Part shown: one piece after another, positions 51,665 through 64,000 of the stretch
How positions within the stretch are numbered: position 1 is the stretch's first letter
How the letters are laid out: each line of letters opens with the position of its first letter
Source of the DNA: Paraspadella gotoi
Lineage: Eukaryota; Animalia; Chaetognatha
Reading direction: 5' to 3'
Assembly: GCA_051294375.1 (NCBI GenBank)
Contig: CM119263.1
Span: 13,192,199 to 13,256,198 of the forward strand
Length of the DNA: 64,000 bases
The notes under the pieces: generated by a model
Told to the model about the DNA's origin: nothing
Seen by the model: only the letters and a program-made list of their open reading frames with translations
Databases searched by the model: none
Program-made: the position numbers and the translations under genes

Positions 51665-52626
51665 AAGAGGAGAGAGAGAGAAGAGAGAGGAAGAGAGAGA
51701 GAGAGAGCCGACGGTGAGTTTTATAAATGGCGGTTAGGATCTCGTTTTAGTGTCCAGCTTGGCCGAGAAAAAAGGGTTAAAAAAGGTTGAACACAGGAGG
51801 TAAGAGAAAATAGAAGGTGGCATGAGAGGGAGAGTAAAGTGAGAGATGAGAGAGAGAGAGAGAGAGACAGAGAGAGAGAGAAGAGAGCAGAGAGGAGAGA
51901 GAGAGCAGTGAGTGCAAACGGCAGAGAAAGAAGCATTGGTTGATTTACGTCGACACTTTATTAACTTTTTTCCTCCGCCATTTTGTTCGCTTCTCGTTTG
52001 CGGCGCTGACTTTTATTCAAAAGCGGAAAAAACGAGCGGGGAGAGTGAGGACAGGGCGAGAGAAATAAATATGGCTGGAGTCAGCTTTTTTTTAAAATTT
52101 ATTTGTTACTTTGTATGGTCATTTGGTCACATCACCTCTAATTTTATTTTATTCTAACTTTGATACATTTTCACGAATCAATATTTCACCCAGAAAAAGA
52201 AATAAACAATCACGAAAAAAACGATACCTTCAAAATAATAATATCCGTAAAGAAATGTTTAGTAATGAAAAAAATAGGGGTCACTAGTTCAAGAAGAGAA
52301 AACACTTCACGAGGGGAGCGAATGAAGTGAATGAAGAAAATGAAGAGAGTGAAGTGACGCGAGACAAATGGACAAACAAGAAGACGCTCTGGGGTCTCGA
52401 CCGATCGTGGGGAGAGAGTCAGGCGGCGGAGGAGAAAGGAGGAGGAAAGGGCGACGGAAAATAGAGCGAAAAGTAGAAGCAAAAACATTTTAGTTGTAGT
52501 GGGAGACGTTTCGTCACGTGACTTAAAAATTCCTCAGTTAACTTAAAACGCGCAATTTTACATTAATGATATACTTTTGTTATTTTCGGAAATTGATCTT
52601 AAAATTGCTTTACTCCATATTTTCAG

Positions 52627-52859
52627 GAAACAGGGGACCAACTCCGGCCGTAAAGTCGGTCTAAGCTCGAGCTCCACACGTCACAGACATCGGGCAAAAG
52701 ACGAACAAAGACGGGCAGAGGACGGAGCAAAAGACGTGCGGGATCGGCTCTCGACGCGGGAAGGCGCAAACAACGCGGAACCCAAGGATGAAATGGGACA
52801 AAGACTCAAAGTGTTTGTTTGGCGTCGATTAAGCGCCGACGCCGGAAGTGGATTCCCTG
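52627..52859 (+). CDS. Candidate internal exon (77 codons), possibly followed by exon 53517-53602
   Basis: Strong acceptor TTTTCAG|G and donor CTG|GTGAGA enclose the open frame KQGTNSGRK...ADAGSGFP. The downstream TTCGCAG|...ACG|GTCAGT exon is phase-compatible. No homology recognised. Confidence 0.2.
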
Positions 52860-53023
52860 GTGAGAGGAGAGAAAGGGGCGTGGGGAGTGGGGAGTTGGGA
52901 GTGGAGAGTGGGGAGTGACTCAAGAAAAAGTTATCTCGCTCTTCGTGACTTCAGTAACAGAAATGACATAATATAAATTCATTCTTCAATAAATCGTTAT
53001 AATTAAGGATTAAGGATTTATTG

Positions 53024-53171
<148 letters not shown>

Positions 53172-53614
53172 TTATATTTCTCGTTTTTTCTGTCGATATA
53201 TTTTGCCTCGACTTCACCTTTGAATGTCGGTGCCACGAAGGCCGCGCCACTGAGTTCCAAGGCCGCGGATCCATGGGTTCTGTTCACGCCCTCGGCCTCA
53301 TTCTGGATCATGCGCAAGCGCTCAAGTCCCCCGCGCACGTTCTTTTGTTTTAATCGCAATTTTATCGATTGCGGAGTGATTCTTGTCGTTGTAAGCATTA
53401 AGTCCGTAAACATTCGCTGCTTTTTTGACATTCTGTCCTGGACTTGAGCGAATGTTAACACGATTCTTTAAAATTTCGCTCCGCTTCATCCTCACAGTTT
53501 CTCATTTATTTCGCAGCAATTGTGATGACCCCTTTAACCAGCCACCCTCCACCAACCACCGTCCACCATCCACTATCCCGCCTCGATGGCTGCCAACAAA
53601 CGGTCAGTCGAGGG

Positions 53615-56600
53615 CATATTAGTATTTGTGCAGACAGATTCTATGTTAATGGCTGTGCAATCCTGTGCAAACAATTTGTTGTCTTTACTGTGCAATCTTA
53701 AAAAAAAGATTTGCACAGATTTTCACAGGAAATAAATACGCAATTATTAATTTTTAACCTTTTTATAAATTTAAACAGTAAAACTTTTTTTTTCTATTAG
53801 TTTGTTAATTCTGTAAATCCGAGCAAAAAAAATATTTTCTTTGTCTTTCTTGCAAACCTGTGCAAAATAAAAAAATCATTCGTCGCACAAAATTTGCCTA
53901 GGAATACTGTGCAATAACATAGAAAAAAAATAATAAATTTTATTATAAAAATTAAAATTCCCACCTTAAAATATAGCTTTTTGTAATGCAACCTATTTAA
54001 TGACATAAATTGAAAAAGAAGGTTTAAATTTTCTCTTATCACTTCATGAGGAATCTGATCTGTGTTCCTTTAGAGTCTGTATTCCTGTTTCTAACAGGCC
54101 CCAAGAACAGACAATCGCCCGCCCTCACCATCAGGTGAGAGGAGAGGGCTTCGGCAGGCTATATCAGGGGTCAGAGAATATTCGAGTGGCGCTTGGCATA
54201 TCCAGCAGGATCCTTGCCAGATCCCAACCTCTCCCACCCACCACAATCTCTCAACTCATTAACAACCAATGACCCGAGCTCATTTTCACGCCCTTCATTT
54301 GCCCTGCCAGGGGGGGCCATCATTTTGAGCTCTTCTCACCTTATTTTTTCTCTTACTTTATCTTATCTATCCCTCATAACTTTATTCTTCCATTTCAAAA
54401 TTTCAATTCTTCAATTTTTCATATTTCAAATCTTCAATTTTTTCACAACAATTATTTATTAATCTTGTTATTATTCTGTTTATTTCTTTCATGTTGTAAC
54501 ATTACCAAATGGTATTATGTTTAAACAGTTTAAAATTTTTTCTATTTAGTGTATGCTGTACTCCTGAGCAAAAAATAATCTTGTCTTTTCTTCGCAAACC
54601 TGTGCAAAATAAAAAAATCAATTCGCAAATTGCTCAGGAATACTGGCAAATAGAAATAGAAATAAAAATAATAAATTTTTTTTAAAATTAAAATTTCCAC
54701 CTTAAAAAATATATTTTTGATAAAATGCAACCTATAATGACAAATTTGAAAAAAGGGTTTTTAAATTTTCCATGAGGATCTGAATCTTTGTTTCTTAGAC
54801 GAGAGTCTGATCTCCTGTTCTCCTCTCTCTTCACCAAATTTTCACATTTTACCTTTTACTTCTCCTTCCTTCCCTCACTTTTCACCTGTCCTCACATCTG
54901 AACCCCCACTTTGTCCCTTTACTCAATTCTTTGTTGGTGGAAAGCCTCTCTCTCTCTCTCTCCTCCTCTCTCTACTCTCTCTCTCTCTCCTTCTTTCTTT
55001 CTCTCCAAAGTCAATGAACAACTGAAAAGTTGTGAGTTGATGAAGACTCGAACCAAAGAGTCGAACATGTCCGTCATTAAATAATCGTTTATGTCCAATT
55101 CAAAAAAAAACACTTGTTTCTCCTTAAAGAAAACTATTTTTAAATTTGACCATTATATAGGTATTACTATATACAAAATAAGCTGACTGGGCACCAATAT
55201 ACATAAGGGGAAAATAACTACAGATTAGTATTCACTAAATAAATAGTTTTTCAAGATATAACTGCTAGATTTTTGATTCCAAACTTTCACTATCACCCTA
55301 CTGTGCAATCTGTTTCAAAAACCAATTGTTTGTCCTCTAAAAAAAAAATAATTCTATACGATTTGCACAGGAATAAAAATAGCAAAATATGTAATTAGGC
55401 AGTTTTAACTTTTTAAGCCTTTTTTAATGAAGGATTTTTATTGATAGCGGCAAAATTTTTAACTTTATAAAAAATTGAGATAGGATATATGTAAAAAGTA
55501 CATATTATATTTATGGCAAAAAGTTTGCACAGAATTAAAAATGGAAAAGAATTCTGTGCAATCTTTAATTTTATGGCACCAATCCTATTTTCCTGTGGCA
55601 AATCTTGCAAAATATAATAGTAGAAATACGATTTTGTAAAATTGCTGTATTGTACCAATTTGCACAGAAATAGAAATAGCACGATTAATTAAAAATAATA
55701 TAAAACAAAAATAAAAATAACGATTTGCACAGGTAAAATTATTTTTTTTAATAAGCTTTTAAAAAATAGGAGGAGAGAAATAACGATTTGTTAATAATGC
55801 TGTGCAATTCCTGTTGCAAAAAACAATAGTTTGTCCTTATTTTCTTTTCTTATGTATATTGTAGCCCAGTCAGCTTATTTTGAATAAAGTACTACCTTAT
55901 ATAATGTTCAAATTTAAAAATAGTTTTTAAAAACTCTGGCAGGTTAGGATTTGAACCCGGTACAGAATGGTCCCAAGCTGAGTAGATTTACTCAATAAGC
56001 CACCGGGGGCAACGACTAAAAAGGTTTACTGCCTTATGAGCATGGTGAACTAGGAAAGCCCGACTACATGTTCGCCTCGCTAAAATGATGAAAGCTTAAA
56101 GATATTTCCATAAATTTGTACAGGAATAAAATATAGTCTTATCCACCACTGGTGAAATTTTTTGGAGAATATTACCAGTCGTTTTAAATCTAAAAACGGC
56201 TGCTCTATTAGCAATTTGCAGTTTAAAACTCTTTCTTTCTGAAACAGGTGTGTGGGTTCCATCCTGCCTGATAATATGTTTTATTTTATTGTATAAGGCA
56301 TTATTGCTGACCCACTGGCCAGTTGTTATTATTCAAAGATATAAATATATGTTATACTTTCATGCAACTATATAAACAATTTTATACATATCTTCTTTTT
56401 CAAATTTTAAGATATTAGGGGAAGAATAGAATTATAAAGTTGTCATTAAATAATTGAAAGAATATCATTTTGGAAAAACAGCCGGCTGTTATCTTATTGT
56501 ACAGGAAAATCGTTTGTGAGTTCAAATCCTGGTCGGGTTTTCCTTTCTTTGAAATTATTTGAATATCCTAAGATCCTTATGCCTTTATATTGAATAGTGC

Positions 56601-57530
56601 CATGTCAGTAAAGAAATATAGTTTTTATATCACTTATTTCAGTTACAAAGTTTTGCCAACGTAAATATTCCTGACACATGTTTATCTATTCCTGGGAAAA
56701 TTTGTACAAATTTATTGATGATTTCTAATCTGTTTCATTTGACGTTGCAATAAGATAGTGGTTCTTTTTTAACTAAATGTTTGGTGGTTCAATACTACCC
56801 AAAATAAATTCATTTCTTGCTCTGTTAATAAAGAAATAAAAGAAATCAAACAGGTTGTTGTTGTCTATATCTTTAGGTTTTCAGGTTTGAATAAATTAAA
56901 TAATTTGGCCAATTGTTTTCTTCAAGATTTTTTTGTCGTCACTCTCTCTTCTCTATCTTCTCTCTGTCACTTAACATTTACTTGGAATTTTGAATTTAGA
57001 ATTTTAAAATTTTAACTAAAATTTAATTTTTTTTAAATTAAATTTTTTAATTAAAATGAATAATAATTTAATGTCGAATTTTGTTTTAAAATAAAAAGAG
57101 TTAAGTTTTTAAAGCAATAAATTGTTATGCTATTTTCTTTGTTTTTTAATTATTTGGAAACGTTAAAAAGTATCTCTAAGCGGCACTCTTTAGATTTTTA
57201 TTTTTAAATATTTTAAAATTGAAGATTTAAACAAAAGGTTTAAGTTTTAAGGAAAAAGCCACCAATCGTAATTAAACAAATACGACCCAATAGAAATCCT
57301 CGGTCAACTTTTCTTTTTATATTTCAACCAATAATGGAGCCGGTTCACTGCCTTCCGTCACAAGCGGGTCACAAAGCAGTCACAGCCGGTCACAAGGCGG
57401 CACACACGGCAACAAGCAGTCACAAATTTCGTGCGACCGAGTGTGACGGTTCACACGGGTCACAAACGTCGCACTTTTCAGCCAATATCAGAAGCGCTGG
57501 AAAATAAGGAAGAAAAATAAAATTTCATTT
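53615..57530. repeat. Inverted duplicate of 42195-46110
   Basis: Coordinate sum 99725 for all mirrored ORFs. CATATTAGTA at 53615 mirrors TACTAATATG ending at 46110. Confidence 0.95.
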
Positions 57531-58175
57531 CTTCTCTTCTTCTTCTTCTTCTTCTTCTTTCTTCTACTTCTTTCTTCTCCACCCCCTCTCTTCTCTCAAT
57601 CCCGAAATATCCTATCGAATATAAACAAGACGTCTTGTTCAATCTTTGATGCTTCCCACGCTACGGATTGCATCAGTATTATATTTCAGTATCAATTTCA
57701 AACTATTTCAAAATCTCCAAAATTCTAAAAAAGAAAAAATTACAGTTTGTTAAAAGAGTTTTTTTTGAACATCCACGGACGCTAGATTTATCGAAACTTC
57801 AACGATTTTTAGTATTTAGAGAAGTAAAACGAATGTTCCATTACTATGCAGTTCTCGCAATGACGCATCACAAATCGGCGTTCTTATCCTTCTTTTTTTT
57901 TTTGTGTGGCGGGAAAAAGCCTACAAAGTTTGGATCCTCAGCGGAAGAAGATGAAAAAAAGGAAAAGAGAAAATAATAAGAGAAAGAGTAAGCGAGGAAA
58001 AAAAAATTTCATATCTAATTATTTGTCGTCTTTCTTTTTCTTTCGGTTTCTAAATTCTGGAATAATCTTACGTTTTTTCTCGGGATAAGTTTCTCTCAAC
58101 TTTCTTTCTTTCTTTTCTTTCTTTCTTTCTTTCTTTCTTCTTTCTTTCTTTTCTTTCTTTCTTTCTTTCTTCTTT

Positions 58176-58208
<33 letters not shown>

Positions 58209-58544
58209 TTTCTCTAGAGGAACTTGTCTGCCGCTTCACCGGGACTACTTTTTTTTCCAAAGCAGATGGCGAGAAATTAAAAAAAAAATTTTTTTTTCGC
58301 AGTTTTGCGATTATTGGTTTCACCAGTCCCACTGCCTTCACTTCTTTACACCAAAACCAAACCTTTCCCTTTTCATTCTTTTTCATAATTTATTTTTTAT
58401 ATTCTTTCATCTCTCTTCTCCCTTCCTCTCTTCCTCTCATCTTCGATTTCCCTTCCCTACCCTACTTCCGCCTCATCCTCCCTCTCTCCCTCCCAATATT
58501 TCCATCGTGCCGGTCTCATCGGCGCCGCTGTCCGGTGTCCAGAT

Positions 58545-58585
<41 letters not shown>

Positions 58586-58702
58586 TCTCTCTCTCTCTCT
58601 CTCACTCATTCCTCTCTGCCTCGGAAATTCATTATGCATGGAAAAAAAAAAAAGAAAGAAACGGGCTACGCGGGGCTTCCTCTTTCTTTCTCTCTCTCTC
58701 TC

Positions 58703-58747
<45 letters not shown>

Positions 58748-61700
58748 CTCTCTCTCTCTCTTCTGTTCGTCCCGCCCCCTCCTCCCTAAAACTTTCTTTT
58801 CCTTCTCTATTAAAAGAAGTAACTCTGTCTCAATCTAAAGTCGGCCGACCGCGAAGACCGCGAGAAAAAGTTTCACCTTTCGCTCCCAAAACTGGGGACG
58901 TGTGTCAATCACCGCGCCGATCGTCCGACGATGGTAGCTTTGGTTGGGAAAGGGGTTTCTGAGATGGGAAGGGAGATGGGAACCTTAAAGGAGCATGTCA
59001 GATGGCGCTTGAGATGGAATGGGAACTTTTGGAGTGCTGATAGTGAGGTTGAAGCTGAAAGAAAGGATGAAGATTGATAAAGAGTATTTGAAACTGTACA
59101 ATTTTTAACAGCTCATTATTTACGGGTATTTTCATTTCATTAACGAGGGAATTACAGATGAAACATTTGTTTTTTTTGAAGACTTCAGTGGATTTCATTT
59201 TGTTAAATTGGTAATAAACTCCGATCCTCATTCAATATAGTTCTCAAAGTTGTTCGTTTATTCGTTAATATTTTTATTCGTTGTTCATATCTAGACTTTT
59301 ATGAAGAGAAACCAGGAAGAAAGGATTAGCGTTCTTACAATGAGAGATTTTTTTCTCCTTCACATATCTTGGGTATTTAAATGAGTCATTATCTATGATT
59401 GGAATACGTTAACAAATTAATTTAAAAAAGTCTTTTAAAGTGTACGATAAAATTGATCCCGCGCAACACAGTCGGAGTACCTCAAGCTGAACACCCAAAT
59501 CGGCTTACAGCACTTCACTCTGGGTGCAACCTTTTGCACGCACTCTCCGTCGGTTTCTCCGCTTGCGTGCAAGTCCGTTGCCTGGGAGCGATTTGCAAAT
59601 TGATTTTCATAATCCGCGGTCTCCCTTTCTTTTTTTTTTCTTCTTCTTCTCGTATTGACCGAAGGTTTTGATCTTCGCCGCGGGTCCTGAAAGGGGGTGA
59701 CGCGGGCCGACCCGCTTAGTCGGGCGGCGCCTTTTCGGGCAAACCCCCTTTTTTAAAAAAAAAAGGAATGGGTCGGACTACTTTCGGGCGCCCGCCTCCT
59801 CGGACCGCCCCCTTTCGGGTATTTCTTCGATTTTCGTGTTCAGACGTTCAATCATTCCTTTTTTCGGCCTGATAGGGGGATGTTGCGTATTAATTTGCAT
59901 CCGTCAATAGCGGGGGAGAGACGGAGAGAGAGAGAGAGAGAGAAGAGAGAGGGAGAGAGAGAGAGAGAGAGGAGAGAAGAGAGAAGGAGAGGAGAGAGAG
60001 ACGAGAGAGAGAGAAAGAGGAGAAGAAGAGAGAATCGCGGTGTATTTTATGTCAAATTGTTCGAAAGGGGTTGCGTTGATCTGCCGCCGACAATGGGCGG
60101 CGATCGATGCATATTTTTTTTTTGCCTATTAATGGATTCTTTCTCGTTTATTATTCGGGTTTTGCCAAAAGGCCTAATATTTTTTTATCCAGATTCCAGT
60201 TGATAACGACATGGTTATATGCATCCTCTGTCATTCACATTGACTTTTTCTTCCTGTCAAAATCTATGAATGTCGAAAAAAAAAATGATGAAAAAAATTT
60301 TATTATTAAAATATTAAAGATTAAGGATTAGAAACATTAAAGATCATTGATAGCTATCAATATCAACTTTAACAACAACGAGATTATCGGCTCTATCAAT
60401 TTTTTTTTTGTTTATATAATTGGTCTCTGTTTCAAGTTCCTTTCCAGCTACAAACCTTGGGAGAATTTACCGACAGTAAAAAAAAAACCCTTCTCCTATA
60501 ATTTAATTGATGATGGCAGAAAAAACGGATGAGAAAGAAGAGAGGAGAAAAAAAAAAATCAGGATTCCTGCCTCATCCTCTTTGATGTCGCGTTGGGAGT
60601 CAGTTTTTCTTTTTTTCCCGCCTTTCATATTTATTCATGATTCTTCTGATTTAACAGTGGATGGGCTGGCGCCGAAGACGGGCAGAATCCGATGGGTTTG
60701 CTCCGTCAACCAGTGAGGAGCGGGCAGCTGCTTGGTCGGGCGCCGCGCCCGATCGAGGCTGCAGGGGCGAGGGAGGCGATTCGGGCTGGCGCGGGAAACT
60801 CGCCCGACCGTTTAGCGCTGCGAAATTCTGAGCCAGAGTAAGGGAGGGCGGGACAGCGAAACCTTGCGTTCAGGAAAGAGATACGCTTGAGAGAGAGAGA
60901 GAAGAAAAAATATTTTTACGGACGCAGGTTTTAGTGACACTCCTTCGGTTGAATCGAAACTAAAATGTCGTCAGCACTAAGCGGTTCTGAAATTCTGATA
61001 CTGCGGACGCTCGATAGTTCCAAACAAAGCTCCATGACCTCCGGATTATTCAGCAGCTGGGTACTTTTAATGAGATGTAGAATCTTCTAGAAATGCAGGA
61101 ATGGGAGCCAGCTGCAAGTAAAAAATTTACGCTGGTCGATCTAGTTAGAGGGGCGTTTGTGCAGACAGTCGGGGCTGCCTTTCATTCCGTAAATTTAATG
61201 GAGTTGGACCAGTTTTTTTAATAGCGTTTTGGGATAAAATTGGACCTTTTGTGCAAACTTTTTCACTTTTACGATAAACTAAACTTGAACAACAATCCAT
61301 GCTGCGGACTTGAACAAAAAGTCTGGAGGCAGGGAACTTATTTTCGAAACACGATTTGTATATTATTTAGAAAATTAAAAAACATATTCAATTTTTGCTA
61401 ATCGTTGTCAACTTTCTGACTTTTCTTCGGTTTCTTTTTTTCGTTTGTTATTTATACTTTCTCTTATTTTCTTGTCGCTTTTCTACGTTACAGTAGATTT
61501 TTCTTTTCATTCTTCACAATTGAATATTTCTTATCTTGTTCACATTCACGCCGTTTCTTTCGCATTTTTTTTTCCGATTTCGTTTTATTCCTAATTATGA
61601 ATTAGTTGTCGGTGGCTTTTCGTACTCTATTAGAAATTTGAGTGCGAATAACTGACTCTGAAACGGACCTAAACGTGGTAATTTTAGCATTATACTAAGT

Positions 61701-64000
61701 AATTAACAAAGGCCGAAATTCAAATGGAGAGATATAATTTTCAAACCTCAAAATCTCAAAAAATATTCAAAGGGAACGCCCCTCGAATCAACGCGAAGCA
61801 AATTTCCCGAGACATTTCGAAAATTAAAAAAAAAAAAAAACGTGGACTCAAGAGATTTCTGGGTGACGGGGTTTTAAAACCAACTAACCTGGAGGATTTA
61901 AATTTACTCGGACAAGGTTTTTGGAGGAAAAAAAATTTAAGGTTTTTCATGCTACAAAGGATTACGTATATAGCTACTATTACGTTATATACTCAGATGT
62001 GAGATCCATGAAAAAAAAAAAATGCTAAAACGTAGAAATACGCATCACGTATTTGCAAGGACTTTCAACAAAGGTTCTTCTCGTTCTTCCCTTTTTCCAT
62101 CCATTTCTTTTTTTCTTCAATGTGAATTTCTTGTTTGTCCTTTCTCTCACATGGTTTTTTCTCATCCTCAATCCACCCATCTAACGGCCAGGCGCCAACA
62201 ACTACGACCCCTCCCACACCACAACCGACCCTCCCACACCACAATCGACCCTCCCACCCCACAAATCGACCCTCCCACATTTCCAACCGACCCCCCACAC
62301 CACAATCGACCCCCACACCAAATTACCTCCCACACCATAACCGACCCCTCCCACGGCCACAAACCGGACCCTCCCACACCACAATCGACCCTCCCACACC
62401 ACAATCGAGCCCTCCCACAGCCCGAACTACGGGACCCTCCACACACCATCGAACTTCGACTCCCACACGCACAATCTGACCCTCCACACCATACCGATTC
62501 CCTCCCCGTCCACAAACTCAGACCCTCCCTAACACCACCAAATCGAACCCCTCCCACACACAACCGACCCTCACCACCTCCTATAGCCACCACGACCAAA
62601 ATCGACAAGACGTCGCCAGTAAGGGGCGCTTCTCCAAGAAAAGTCGTTTGTTCTTTGGCGTCGATGTGTTTGCGTTCCTCGATGTCTGTGGTTTTGTAAC
62701 GAGTTTAGCCATAACCGTGGTAAATTTCTTTTGTTTTTTTTAATGCGAAAATCTCCAAACCTTTGTTGTAATTGGTAATATTCTTCTTTAGTTAGTAATC
62801 GGAATTTGAGAAGGAAAGTTAAATATTAAGAATATATAATATAAATTATAATAACTCGATGCTTCAAATGCCGCAATCTCCGCTATTCAAAACTCCGTAT
62901 AAAACGCATTTAAACGGCGCCGCGTCGCCCCGGCGGCGCCGACCGCGAATGTTTAGACAGAGTCTATAAGAGTCTAGGTGTTGCTATGGGTGGTGAATAG
63001 CGTCGGGTCGGGGTCCCATGCGCGCCATTAGGACGCAACGTCAACCGTCCCTTTCCGTCTTCGGCGCGAGAAGCGGATGAAAAATCAACTTTCGCCCAGA
63101 CCGACAACCCTGGAAGGAGGAGGAGGAAGAGGAGGAGAGTGAGTCGGCGAGAGAGAGGGGGGGGGGAAAGTGAAAGAGGGAAGAAAAAAAAGGTTAAGAA
63201 AAATATGATTGTTAAGGAAAGGAAAAAAGGAATAAAAGGGCAGGAAACGGTTGAAAAAAAGGAGGAAGAAAGATGCATTTTAATTAAAATCTCTACGACC
63301 AAATAAATCATTTTTTTTACGAATTAAGTTAAAGATATGTATATTCAGATAATCAGTCTTTTTTTAAAAATCTAAAACCCAGATCTTCCGACCTATTTTG
63401 CTATCTGCTCTTCAATTCGCTTACCCTCACCTCACCCTTGTTTTTTCATGCTTCCCTTCCTATCACAACGCCGCCCTGACCCGAAACACGCCGACGCTTC
63501 GCTCGATTTTGGGCCGTTTTTCGGGTACCGCGCGCAGAATCCTGACGACCTGGGCGGTCCGAATACGCACGCTTCCTTCTCCGCCATTTCGGTTTCCATC
63601 GAGAAAAAAAAACTGCAATGGAATCGATTTTGTCGGTCGTGATTGTTCGTTTGACGATGACGTTTGACAGAGGTCACTCGACGAATTGTCAGGCGACCTC
63701 AGAGGAGAGAGTGAGTTCCTTTCGGGCGCCGGCGCGGCTCGGGCCGCCGTCGGTGGGCCGGGCGTCGGTCGAACAACCTCGCTATCACTCGATTTCTGAC
63801 CCATTGACCCAGAATCTTCGTCCTCCGTTTCCTTTCGCTTCCGCCGTCGATCTCCTCGCAATTCCGCCCACTCCTCGTCCCCTCTTCCTCTTCCTCCCTT
63901 CGTCTGCTACCAATAGACTCTTTTCTCCATTCCCTCTCAGCCCCATGAGACTGGACTGACTTTTAGCCCCTTTTTCTCCGACCGATATCTTTCCTCGCCT
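57530..64000 (+). repeat. Noisy repeat of 39950-40970 followed by noisy repeat of 46136-51205
   Basis: Collinear matches with frequent 1-bp insertions typical of long-read consensus. Confidence 0.93.

Overview
This is eukaryotic, invertebrate-like genomic DNA from a draft scaffold. It is CpG-rich and dense in (GA)n/(CT)n, (GAAA)n, (GAC)n and (TTC)n microsatellites, with 11 N-gaps (seven are exactly 25 N). I recognise no gene, rRNA, intact tRNA, CRISPR array or transposase, and almost all track ORFs are low-complexity read-through. Roughly 19 kb (about 30%, my estimate) is redundant. A ~1.9 kb block occurs 4 times, and there is a ~7.7 kb palindrome (22.5-30.2 kb), a 0.85 kb tandem duplicate, a ~5 kb inverted duplicate and a ~5 kb direct duplicate. 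The copies mix base-identical cores with indel-noisy flanks and pivot on microsatellites, so they are most likely fold-back chimeras plus long-read gap-filling, not biology. The signals most likely to be real are a degenerate 640-bp fold-back element, an 800-bp TIR element beside a tRNA-like Pol III unit in a CpG-poor block, a GC-rich 270-nt hairpin, and several minisatellites. A candidate minus-strand multi-exon gene is visible only when its two noisy copies are compared. I found no convincing novel biological system.
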